A stretch of 64,000 nucleotides of DNA from Salisapilia sapeloensis CBS 127946 (lineage: Eukaryota; Protista; Oomycota): the NCBI GenBank assembly GCA_023334545.1, contig JAADVB010000084.1, positions 1 through 64,000 on the forward strand. The letters run 5' to 3'. Positions 23,946 to 34,477 of the stretch are shown piece after piece. The notes beneath the pieces were generated by a model, which saw only the letters and a list, made by a program, of their open reading frames with translations, searched no databases and had not been told where the DNA came from. A program made the translations under genes and the position numbers. Position 1 is the stretch's first letter; every line of letters starts with the position of its first letter.

Positions 23946-24456
23946 TCCCGATCTTAAAAGTGAAGCCACCACACGTATCCGGATAAGGAAAATGACAAAA
24001 CGAGAGTACGAAATTTATGCATGTGAGTAGTTTTGAAAGCTGCATTCGTTTCCAGAGATGGAGAAGCATTAAATAGATGGCATTACACAAGTAGCTGTCA
24101 TTGTAAGAGAAGCTTCATGGAAACGACGGGTATATGTAAATGCATCGAGTTTTTATTGGAAGACTAGACCAAAATATGTAGTGTCTAGTTTTCACGTCTT
24201 CTCGCATTTCATCCTACTCATCCCCATTCAACGATGCAAGCAAAGCAGATCCAAAGCGTGCCTACTTACAAAGTACATGCTCTTTAACTTTTATCTCCTG
24301 CATAAATACAAGTCGTACTCTCACTTCGTCATTATCTTTTAAGTATACGCCAGTTTTCATGAATTCTCTTCCCGCCCGGGCTCTCTGTTCCCAAATGTGC
24401 TCCCGTTTTGTCATTTCCCGATCTTCAAAGTGAAGCCACCACGCATATCCGGATAA
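23946..24456 (+). repeat. 41-bp direct repeat pair (23946-23986 and 24416-24456) containing palindrome TATCCGGATA
   Basis: tcccgatcttaaaagtgaagccaccacacgtatccggataa vs tcccgatcttcaaagtgaagccaccacgcatatccggataa: 38/41 identical, 470 nt apart. Confidence 0.9.
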
Positions 24457-24497
24457 CCTACGCCTACGACATCAAGCTCACTTTGGAAATCATCGAC

Positions 24498-25680
24498 ATG
24501 GCGACGGACGAGAATTGGCTACCAGGAAAGATTAAGCGAGGCGAAGTGCCGGCACGGGGCGTGAACCTCGGAGGCTGGCTGGTCGCAGAACACTGGATGA
24601 CGTGGAGCTCTCCTATTTGGAATGGAGTCCCGGAAGAGATTGCGTCAAAGGGAGAGTTCGCGACGATGCAGTACCTTGGCCATGAAGAGGGAGACCGTAG
24701 GTTTAATGAACATCGCGCCGAGTGGATCAAGGAGGAAGATATCATCGAAATGAAGCGATATGGACTCAACATGGTGCGTGTGCCGGTTGGGTACTGGATC
24801 CAGGAGATCGACCCGACGGACATCTCGAACAAGCAAGAGTGGAAGGTGTATGCACCGCACGCGATCTCGTATCTCGACCGACTGGTCTTTGACTGGTGTG
24901 TCAAGCACGAGATGGGCGTCTTGATTGACATCCACGGTGCCAAGGGAAGTCAGAACGGCAAAGACCACTCTGCACCGGCCGAACCAGGTATACATTCTTC
25001 CTAGGATGTGAATTGCATTGATCTCGACTTAGCTACGGTTGCCTATAGGTGAGAAATTCTGGTCGCAGTACCCAGAGAACGTCGAGAACACGGTCCAATT
25101 CGCGTGCTTCCTCGCGATCCGCTACCGCTACGCTGCATCCTTTGTCGGACTGGAGATGATAAACGAACCAGAGCATCCGATGGACGTAGATGTGCTGCAC
25201 AACTACTATGACCGTGTCTACAAGGCGATCCGGAACGCAGATATCGACTGCTTGCTCATCACGAGTCCGCCACTGACGGAGCAACATGCTCCGGTCATGG
25301 AGAACTTTATGCGCTACCCAGAGTACTACTACGTTGCACATGACTTCCACCCGTACTTCATCTGGGGATACGAAGGTCAAGATCAAGATGATATCCTCGA
25401 CGCCGTCAAGGGATACAAAAAGATGCTAAAGCGTTGGGAAGGCAACTGGCTCTTCATTGGCGAATGGAGCTGTGGATCCCACGCAAGTGCCTTCCCGGCC
25501 GAGAACCGAGGCGACTTGCGAAAGTTTGCTCGTGCTCAGCTCAAAGCCTTCAAGCACGCGCATGCCGGATGGACGTTCTGGAGCTGGCGCCACTCGGACG
25601 ACAGCCACAACCGTGCCAGTGGCTGGTCGATGCGTCAATTGCTTCGTGACGGCATCATCCCGCACATGGACGAGCTCTAA
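24498..25680 (+). CDS. GH5 glucan 1,3-beta-glucosidase (exo-1,3-beta-glucanase), 2 exons
   Basis: RGVNLGGWLVAEHWM, MVRVPVGYW, LIDIHGAKGSQNGKDHS, LEMINEP (acid/base Glu), FIGEWS (nucleophile), GWTFWSW. Confidence 0.93.
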
Positions 25681-25690
25681 GAATTGAAAA

Positions 25691-25730
25691 GAGAAAGAAA
25701 GAGAAAGAAAGAGAAAGAAAGAGAAAGAAA
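25691..25730. repeat. Tandem repeat (GAGAAAGAAA)x4
   Basis: Read directly, 10 nt after the GH5 stop codon. Confidence 0.95.
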
Positions 25731-25823
25731 GAAAATGGTGAATGGAAATATCTTTACAACCGTTCAAGATTTATCCTTTACAAAATGCCACCCGTCGTAA
25801 GCTCCACACAAATATCACGAACC

Positions 25824-26537
25824 ATGGCCATGACGCTGCGTCGAGCTCTGTCCAAGGCTTCGAGACACCTAGTGCAGCCTTCTGCTACGCCGCTTCGGTG
25901 GAATGCACCTGCCAAGGCCTTGGCTGTATCCACGCGCCATATTTCGTACTCATCGAAGCGTATGGCCAAGATGGTAGACGATGGAGAGGATGAAAAGGAG
26001 GTGGAGGAAGAGATTGTGGATGAAGAAGAGCTCTACGATCCGTACAAACAGTTTGAGCAGGAAAACGATGGCGCTCGGGGCTACCGAGAGTTTAACTCGG
26101 ACAATGTCGTGATGGACGAAGTAGACTTTTTGTGGGAGGAGCCGGAGAACATGATGGCGGACAAGTCGTGGCCGGCGACGTCTGGTACAGAGATGTTCCA
26201 GGATCTTATCAATGTAAACGGTGATGATGAAGAGCTCAGTGCGGACAAGATCGAGTTGGTCAAGCAAGAGGTCTTCCGTCGAATCGGCCACCCGCAGTCG
26301 ATCGCCGATATCCAATTGCCAGAGATGAGTGTGGACATCCCAGAGGAAGACCCAGACAAGGAAGCCATGGAGATCATGAAGCTTTCGCTCATGAACAACG
26401 GTCGGATTAACATGGACGACAAGGACGAGATCATGCAATCGCTTTTGAACGAGATGCAGCACTTGCGAGCGGACAAGACAGTGCTGTTCAAGGGCATGGA
26501 AGAGATGAAAAAGTCTTTAAAGGAAGAAGAGAACTAA
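25824..26537 (+). CDS. Hypothetical acidic protein with probable mitochondrial presequence
   Basis: Long ORF with gene-like codon use. A basic, acid-free N-terminus (MTLRRALSKASRHLV..STRHISYSSKR) is followed by a very D/E-rich body. Confidence 0.75.
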   Translation: MAMTLRRALSKASRHLVQPSATPLRWNAPAKALAVSTRHISYSSKRMAKMVDDGEDEKEVEEEIVDEEELYDPYKQFEQENDGARGYREFNSDNVVMDEVDFLWEEPENMMADKSWPATSGTEMFQDLINVNGDDEELSADKIELVKQEVFRRIGHPQSIADIQLPEMSVDIPEEDPDKEAMEIMKLSLMNNGRINMDDKDEIMQSLLNEMQHLRADKTVLFKGMEEMKKSLKEEEN

Positions 26538-26821
26538 GTCGCTTCATGCCAATAGATACTGCAGTCGCTTTCTACCTTGTCGAGTACTCGGTCGTTCGAT
26601 TCCTACGCGTCTCAGAAAATAGACGTCCAAATATACATACCTCAAGACATTTTGTCCCATATAAAACCAGACAAAGCATAAGAATAGCGACGTCGAGAGC
26701 TACTTGGAGGCACCGCCATCGCTCTCGTGAAGCCCACGTAGCACTAGTTTCGACACGACCGACCTTTACATACAACTCCTATCTACCTCTAGATACTAGA
26801 TAACCTCGAAATAGCCGTACC

Positions 26822-28407
26822 ATGGAAGCAAATAGCAGCACAAGTCGGCAGATGGAGATCTGGTCGAATCGCGTTCGGTCTGAACTGGACAAGTGCAGAC
26901 GTCCAGCAAACCTTCCAAGCGGCATAAAGCTCCAAGGATCCCACTTGGATGTAGAAGCAGGAGCTTGTCTTTTGAAATTCCGATGCTTTATCCCGTTCCA
27001 ACCAGGTTCCGAATTGCTCACGATCATCCCACTCACGGAACTGGAGCTTTCCATGCCGTTTGTGCCTGAAGTAGCTAAACGCGGACGAGCACAGTTTCCT
27101 TATAAACCACCTCGAGTCAGTATTCGATACGGCAGCCTCCATCTCCCGAGAGATATCGTCCATAAACGTAGCATATCGCTTGGATCGAACGGAACTGCAT
27201 TGGATAATACAGTCTCTTCACCTCCTTCTAAACGCAAATGCGTCGATACGCACCAAGATTCCGACGGTTCTATCGTAAAAAACAGGTACGAGCTGACACT
27301 ACCTATGCTCGAGCACTGGAGTCCTTCCAACACGCTCCTCATGGTACTCCAAGAGCTCGTTCGTGTCGTCCAACAAGTACATTAATCTTGTATCCACCAC
27401 TCGATCTATCCTCTCCTAACTCTTATATAATCAGCATGATCCACAACCGATCGCTCCGTCTGAAAACACGACGCCAGACTCGAACGCCAATCGATCTGCA
27501 TCTAGCTCCAAGAGCAGCAAGTCTCGTATCGCTCGACGTAACATCCATGGCAATATCTATCGCTGCCATGAAGTCGATACGCAATCCAGTACACTTCGTC
27601 CATCCCCTCTGCTCCTCCAAGCTGGCAACATCGTCTTTCTAGATGCAAACAGTCTTGATAAACGCACAAAGCGTCCGAACGAGAGCGATCGAGACGACTA
27701 CGTCTACGTCCATGAGCTCCTTCACTTGCGAGAGCTAGAACGCATCGCTCCACAAGATCGTAAATCCATCACACTCTTCTTTAAGTCTCGATCTCGACCA
27801 TGTCGTACGCTCATCACGACCGAGACGGACGGCATCGTGTCTGAGATTCGACACATGATCAGCTCGACAGGTACTAGAGCACCTAGTGGGAGTCATTCGG
27901 ATGCGCAGGCAGGTACGAGCTTAGCGCAGCTACTGCCGTTCTTGAACGAAGATCCGGCAGATAAAGTCAAAGAAGTGTCGAATAAAGTCATGGGCAAGAT
28001 CGGCAAGTGGTCCCAGTCGTTTTCGAGACTCTTTAGTGGGGAAGAAGAAAAGGAGAGTGGGAATCAACGAAATGCAGCAGCAATGGCGCTTGGAGAGATT
28101 GATTCGCTCAAGATCAACTTTTTACGTGCACCATCCAAGCAAAAGGTAGGTCTTGATCTAGAGATAGCTTCTAGAAGAGTGTTGACGGAAATACTTGTTG
28201 GATGGCATGTAGATGACGGAGATTATTCGACGCTACCAAGCGCTTGCAGAAGAGTATGTGCATAAGCAGTCGAATAAAGATGGTGTGGTCGAACGAGCGA
28301 TTGAAGAGCTGCAGATCTTTATTGAACACCCAGCGACGCAAAAGGTTTTGAAGGAGAGCGCGGAGTATGAAGAAGCGAATCGTGGTATTCGCGTCGGACC
28401 GGCGTGA
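26822..28407 (+). CDS. UBC-like (UEV-type, no catalytic Cys) domain protein with PH-like segment, multi-exon
   Basis: NRVRSELDK, FPYKPPRVSI and LTLPMLEHWSPSNTLLMVL follow the UBC fold pattern. The exon from ~27437 continues in frame into ORF 27726-28265; last exon ends GIRVGPA*. Confidence 0.65.
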
Positions 28408-28912
28408 GCATGGAAGGTGTTGGTCAGTCAAAGGCTATCCGACGACGATGTAAATACAGAGTGAAACTCTTATCCACGTTGCTTTACCGAACGTTTTGTA
28501 CATTTGTGCTGAGTTTTTAATCGTTCGTGCACTTCTGCTACAAAGTTGGACTGCACTCTCGTAGCATTGTAGCGATTATTTCTTTGCATACAGTCGTCGG
28601 TTGCTTACTTTCAGTAAGGCTTCTCTCTAAAGAGCTAAAGCCTCATCTCCACCTTCACGGGACACAACACGAAATTGACAAAGGCTGTGTTTGTTGAGTA
28701 GATAATCGAGTGCTAAGCAAGGAGTTATAGGCATTGTGTGAGCAGACATACAAACACTGTAATAGGAAGCAATGCCCAAGTCTTTAGTGGGGTATAGTGT
28801 CGGGTATATCATGGTTGATCGCCAAAAGCCCTTCAGGTTGAAGTGTCATTCGATTTACTTGCGCCATTGAGCTATTCGCTGCTTTACTGGGACGACTACA
28901 GTGCGAATCGCA

Positions 28913-29420
28913 AATATCGCTTACTTATTCCGTCCACCACTGTACATTCCCTGTTCCGAAATAATAGCGAAGAGCTAACTAGCGCAAGTAAAGCGAAGAG
29001 CTCACCAAGTCTTTCGCGCGCTTTTTCAAATGTGCACATTTCGAGCACCAGACATGACCTAGAGTCTTCTCCAAGATCGTTTCCTCCTGATTGCATCCAA
29101 GACGAAGACAGAGATGGACCAAGAGTATAGAGTGGTATCTATATTGGCCCCTCCATCACTTGCTTTTGTACTCCTAGTCTGATGGAATAGTTATATCGAA
29201 GTGTTACGCTAGATTTCCAATGGCAAATGGCAAAACAAACTCGGCTATTCTCAACGACCGCAGAGTTTATCGATTCTATTACCATGAATAGAACTACAAA
29301 GTACAATCCTCAATTATGCCGAATACCGATTCAGTGCAAACACGGCCTAAGCCTTTCTGAATCTACACCACCCTGTTTAGACGTTTCCTATATAATTTTG
29401 CCGTGCATAGATCCCATAAT
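28913..29420 (-). repeat. Dispersed decayed repeat, copy 2 (internal deletion of ~300 nt relative to copy 1; may extend further left)
   Basis: Aligned by eye to nt 1-203 and ~500-760. Relic peptide CLRLGCNQEETILEKTLGHVWCSKC on the minus strand. Confidence 0.8.
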
Positions 29421-29577
29421 ATCCTTCTTGTTCCGACATGTCCGATAGCGATAAAGTTACTAGGACGAACAAGATACTGTTCTGCCATTACATTCTAACG
29501 ACTACCTGAACAAGAGATTTACGCAAAGCAAGACAGGAAATCATGATAAGCATGCATTATCATCCCTATAGACGATT

Positions 29578-31332
29578 TCAACCTAAAAGCGCTCCTTCTC
29601 CTTCCGTCAATTCCGGCATCGTCGACAAGTACTTGACCATTTGCTTAATAACCTTCTTATCCAGCTTTTTCCTCCGAGCGTGCATCGTCTGCAGTCGCTT
29701 GTACGCCGCAACGATTTGAGGATGTAGCTTCCTCTCCTTCTTATTTGCTCGACGGCAGCAATCGTTCGCGGTCCAGAGATCCTCTTGCGCCGGCTTTAGG
29801 TAGTGAAGCGTCATGTACGCCACGCCACGAGCATACAGAGCCGGGATATATCGCTCTCTCTGCTGCAAGACACGCGTGAACCACTGCACGGCGTCTTCAT
29901 GGTCATACAGCTGAGCAGCAGCTTTCCCGAGGTTCATCATGCAGTCGACTCGGAGCGAGACGAAGGACTCTATAAGCTTCGTATCCATACGTAGACGAAT
30001 ATCTTTCACCGACACGATCGCTTCGTCTCCATCGTCATCGTAGATCACTTCCACGACACCCTCCGACGCCAGGTCGTCTGCATCCGACACCATCGCGTCT
30101 CTCCATGAACCTTCCGTCGATGACGTAGACACCTGCACGGAGCTTCCGACATTACATTTCTTCATCAGCTCTTCCACCTCCGTCGTAGATGCTCGACCAG
30201 TCTGCTCTGCCTCCACTTGATCCAGGATCGTCAGAGCGAAATGGTAAAAGCTCTGGGCAGTCGGGGCATTGCCTCGACGGAAGAACCAGTTACCACGTAG
30301 CTTGCTCTTATCAGCGACCTTGAGTGCCCTCGGAGGTTCCACGTTAGAGTGGAAACCTACAGGAAGACCTGTCAAACTGCCGACAGTCTCTTCCAAAGCA
30401 TCGATCTTGGGAAGAAGAAGACGTAAGGTCTGACCTAAAGCAACTACCTCTTCATCCATTATATCTCGACTCGTAGACTGATTTGACAGCGAAAAGATCT
30501 TTTGCAAGGCGCCGCGGAGATCCATGACTTGTACGAGGGACGGATGGAGACTGTCGATTTCAGTCATCATCTGGAGTAGACGCACGCCTTCTTGGAAGAC
30601 GATGGAAACACTTGAGAGGACAAACGTCACGACCTTCTCGCACACAGCTCCAAGTGCTGATTCAGTCTTCATATTCGTAGTACTACAAGAGTGGGGAGCC
30701 AATAGGGATACATGATCATCGGATGTGAATCGAATCGGTTCGTTCCGAGTGTCCGATGGGTAGCAAGTGTACTCTGCGACAATGGACATGACGTCTACGA
30801 TATGCTGCAGAGTCGATCGAGATGAAGTGGGTGCTGGAGATGCTGCCGTCGGGAGTGTCGTCTGCACGGCACGTCGGAGGAAACCAGAGCGCACAACCTC
30901 TTTCGCTTGCTGCTTGCTCTTGATCCCATTCGCAAGTGCTTGTAGCAGAACTGGTCGATCGTCCTCTTGACTAGCAACAGAATAGAATTGCTTTACGAGC
31001 TCCATCCACTGCACATTCGCCTTCGAGTCCGACGTCAGCCATCCGTCACATGCCGCCAAGCACACGACCATGGCATGCACCACTTGCGACGGACAGAACC
31101 TATCGTCCACCATCGCTTCCATCAACCTACGCTCTTCCTCCATAGCACCATGCACCTCTAAAACAGCTCGCACCGTCCTCCATCTCTCTACTTTGGCATT
31201 TGTACTATCATGCGACGCCGTACATGCCACTCGTAGCATTTCCAGCGCTCTTTCGTCCGTAGCCAACGCTACTTCCTCCTGCATCTTCTCATAGACCTCC
31301 ATAGCCTTATGCTCATCAAACTCTTCCTCCAT
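29578..31332 (-). CDS. TPR-repeat protein with Tudor-like insertion
   Basis: 584-aa ORF. TPR-like KLRGNWFFRRGNAPTAQSFYHFAL and DCMMNLGKAAAQL..PALYARGVAYM flank VGSSVQV..WRDAMV..VEVIYDDDGDEAIVSVKDIR. Confidence 0.8.
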   Translation of the reverse strand: MEEEFDEHKAMEVYEKMQEEVALATDERALEMLRVACTASHDSTNAKVERWRTVRAVLEVHGAMEEERRLMEAMVDDRFCPSQVVHAMVVCLAACDGWLTSDSKANVQWMELVKQFYSVASQEDDRPVLLQALANGIKSKQQAKEVVRSGFLRRAVQTTLPTAASPAPTSSRSTLQHIVDVMSIVAEYTCYPSDTRNEPIRFTSDDHVSLLAPHSCSTTNMKTESALGAVCEKVVTFVLSSVSIVFQEGVRLLQMMTEIDSLHPSLVQVMDLRGALQKIFSLSNQSTSRDIMDEEVVALGQTLRLLLPKIDALEETVGSLTGLPVGFHSNVEPPRALKVADKSKLRGNWFFRRGNAPTAQSFYHFALTILDQVEAEQTGRASTTEVEELMKKCNVGSSVQVSTSSTEGSWRDAMVSDADDLASEGVVEVIYDDDGDEAIVSVKDIRLRMDTKLIESFVSLRVDCMMNLGKAAAQLYDHEDAVQWFTRVLQQRERYIPALYARGVAYMTLHYLKPAQEDLWTANDCCRRANKKERKLHPQIVAAYKRLQTMHARRKKLDKKVIKQMVKYLSTMPELTEGEGALLG

Positions 31333-31428
31333 GATGAGAATCTACTTGTCTACTTAGAGATACAAATGGAACCAATCTTGAAACGAAACTAGCCAAGCGA
31401 TCGTGTTTCATGCCTACTTATCTCCTAG

Positions 31429-32746
31429 CTAGAAGAACATGTGATCCGAACCAAACGGTCGATCCATATCTCCTCCACGACGTCCACGACCAGGCATACG
31501 CAGTGGATTATCCTCCTGGTCATCCATCGGCATACGCAAGTGGTCTGGATTTGGCTCTCCAAACGGAGCGTTTGGACCTGGCATGCCGCCACGTCCAGGC
31601 GGAGGACGGAAGCGACCAGGAGCGCTTGGATCGATCAATGGGTCTCGAGGAGGTCCGTACGGATCGAACCGAGCGCCTGGCACGGGACCACGAGACGGAT
31701 CGCCGCCTCGACCGAACATAGGGTGATCCGGACCGACGAGCATACTCGGGTCTTCCCGTCCGTTCAACGGAGCTGGGACCGTATCTCCACGTCCGACCTA
31801 GGTCTAGTCAATCATTCATGCAGCTCAAAATATACCAAGTGGATCTACCGGAGGGATCTGAACGGCAGGGATGTCCGTGTCGGAAAATGTCGGCGTGAGA
31901 GTGGACGACGCACCGACGGTGGCGCCAGTGGAGGCGGCTGCAGTCATCCGGGGCACGACCTTGTCCATAAAAGGCTGGAGCGTCGACCGGAGCGACGGAA
32001 GAGCACGCAGTGTCTCTGCTGCCGACACTCTTCCATCGCCTGACGTTTTACCAATGTACTTGTCGACACTAGAAGACGTGAGGAGTCCATAGGCATGAGA
32101 GACGGAAGGTAGACGTACCTGAGCTCAATCGAGTACGTATGATCCTTGTCATCAGACAAGTAGACTTCGAATTTATTCCCGACGAAGAGACCCTAGGTAG
32201 CACAGTTGAGACTATCACCTACGACCAAGAAAGAAGAGGATAGACCTGTAGCTCATACGTGATACGGACGTCGTTCGGATGGCTGTACTTGGTTCCAAAA
32301 AGACCATTGTCGCTACCATTCTCCCAGTTCTCTGGCAGTAAAAGGTCGTTTAATGCTGCACCTGCATTCGTAAGTGTCTTGAAACCTACACAGGACGATC
32401 GTAAGGCCCATAGCTTCTGTCATACACGTCGATAGACGCACCAGCTTCCTGCGCGAGTGCATGCGCCACTAAGAAGAGAGCATTACGTGCCTTGGACACA
32501 GTTGCACTCTTGTCTTTTAAATACTTGTACGTCGGATCAGCCTTATCGTCGTCCGTCTGCCCACTCTCGTCCGACGCACCCTCCACCGACTCGTCATAAC
32601 GCTCCATCGCACGGAGCATATACGCCTTTACAACACACAAGCTTTAACACGCATCATTGCACACATCCAACAAACAAAGGGACCTTGAAATCATCGTTCG
32701 AGATGGCCTCTAGAGCCGCTCGTAGCCGCTGCTTGTCGCTCTCCAT
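31429..32746 (-). CDS. PSMF1: Proteasome inhibitor PI31 (multi-exon)
   Basis: C-terminal VGPDHPMF, PGARFDPYGPP, PNPDHL and a terminal MFF (HbYX-like). The spliced N-terminal part contains LLPENWEN..TKYSH; first exon MESDKQRL at 32746. Confidence 0.88.
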
Positions 32747-32857
32747 ACCTACGCTTCTTCCGTCTGATTCTTGAAGTTCGTCTCGTTTTAATACCTACAT
32801 TCCATATTACCACCAACACCATTAACGCGGGAACTTCCGGCTGGACGTCTACTAGGC

Positions 32858-33178
32858 ATGAGCCACGACGAGAGGCTACGAAAGGACATGTACGTCCAAT
32901 ATGAAACTAGTACGAAATGGGCCAGTCTCTACGGCCAAAAGGAGGTAGCACTCGTGCGAGACTTTGGTCCGGCCGTGCCACCGCCGCCAGAAGGCTATCG
33001 CTACCTCCGTCGCGGCCAAGACACGCCAGTTGACACCGATCGCGTGTCGCTCGATACATTGTCATGGAATGATCAAATGCTGGAAGAACGACTATTATCA
33101 CTACACAAGTGGCAGCGTCGACCGCCGCCATCGACACAACGACAGGTAGATAAAGTGAACGCTATGATGCCCAAGTAG
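32858..33178 (+). CDS. Hypothetical 106-aa protein
   Basis: ATG-initiated ORF filling the space between PI31 and IBA57, with protein-like composition; no family recognised. Confidence 0.65.
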   Translation: MSHDERLRKDMYVQYETSTKWASLYGQKEVALVRDFGPAVPPPPEGYRYLRRGQDTPVDTDRVSLDTLSWNDQMLEERLLSLHKWQRRPPPSTQRQVDKVNAMMPK

Positions 33179-33208
33179 CCAAAATCCATCCTCTTGTACC
33201 CTCCTTCT

Positions 33209-34423
33209 CTACAAAAGCATCTTGCCAGTCTCTACATCTAATGGCGGCCACCACGCTGGCTCATACGGAATCGCATGGAAACCTCCATCCGCCGTCTGGA
33301 AGCGCATCGGTCGAGACTCGTCCTCTGTCGGCAATAGGTGCTGCAGACGGACCATGGCTAAGGCAGCGTGGATGCCGTCGCCACTCGTGCGGACGGTACC
33401 CACAGCCTTGGTCGAGTCTGGCTTGACGATCTTCACGCCATCGCCAAGTGCAGACGTCAGGTTGGCTGCTGCTGTATTCGCTAAAAAGTCTCGTAGAGGA
33501 GCGTGGGAAGCGTCGTCGATGCGTCCGAACGGTATGTCCTGCAGCGCATCCACGAGGTCTGTCTCGGAAGAAGGCACCATGGCTACTGGAAGCAACCTCT
33601 TGCGCACATTGCCCTTGAACTGCGTCCGAGCCGTCAGCTCCTGTCCGACGTAGCAGCCCTTACGGAACGAGACGCCACCTAGGAGCTCTAGATTCACTTC
33701 CAACGGAATGTTGTCGACCAGTTCATGCCTGTAGATACCTTTAGTACTCTCCATCTACTCTTTATAATTCCAAGGTAGACGTACCCTTCACCAGCACCTA
33801 AAAAGACACGGCGGTCTGTATAAGCCTGCAAGTCCATGTCGTCATATCCCTCTGGCTTTTGCACTACTTTCTACCTTAGTACACTTGTATCTCCATGATG
33901 AAAAGGATTCTCTACCTTGCATGCCACTCGGCACGATGGCTCGGACGCCAAATGTATCGCCACGAGGATCCATGTAGGCGATGCCACTACCCGACCCATC
34001 CAGCGAGTTCAGCTCTTTCACAGACTGCAAGAGCGCAGACGGATTGTCAAGAACATTCGCGTCCGTGTCGGACGGCAGTGTCGCCGGGAAGGCTGCGACG
34101 GACTTGAGCTCGTCGCTCTTGTCCTCGAGCGTCACTTTCATCCGGATCTTGTACCTCTTCCAATGCTTGAGCATCTGCTCGTTGATAGCGTCGTCGTACT
34201 CGAGCAAAAAGGTATCGTCCGTGGTCTGGATGACATGACAGTCGCCAAGAACACGTCCTTTGGGCGCCAAGAACGCGCCATACAGCGCATCTCCTGGACC
34301 CTCCATACGCTTCATATCGTTCGTAAGGATTGCCTGGATGTACTTGCTAGCATCTCGGCCGTACACCTGCAGCACACGCCGATTCCCTAGCTCCGCGAGC
34401 CCACTCTTGGCGAGAATCGACAT
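33209..34423 (-). CDS. IBA57: IBA57/CAF17/YgfZ folate-binding Fe-S assembly factor
   Basis: [34 protein letters not shown], and the signature [23 protein letters not shown]; one intron near 33760-33900. Confidence 0.92.
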
Positions 34424-34477
34424 GACCTTCTTCTTTTTTGACTTGATTAAAGTATAGTGCCAACTCTTATTTCCACC

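Noticed and set aside
40-28990. VVDGISKRY in repeat copies 1 and 2 as a Ty3/gypsy integrase motif
   Set aside because: Differences between copies fall on first codon positions in that frame, and the flanking integrase motifs are absent.
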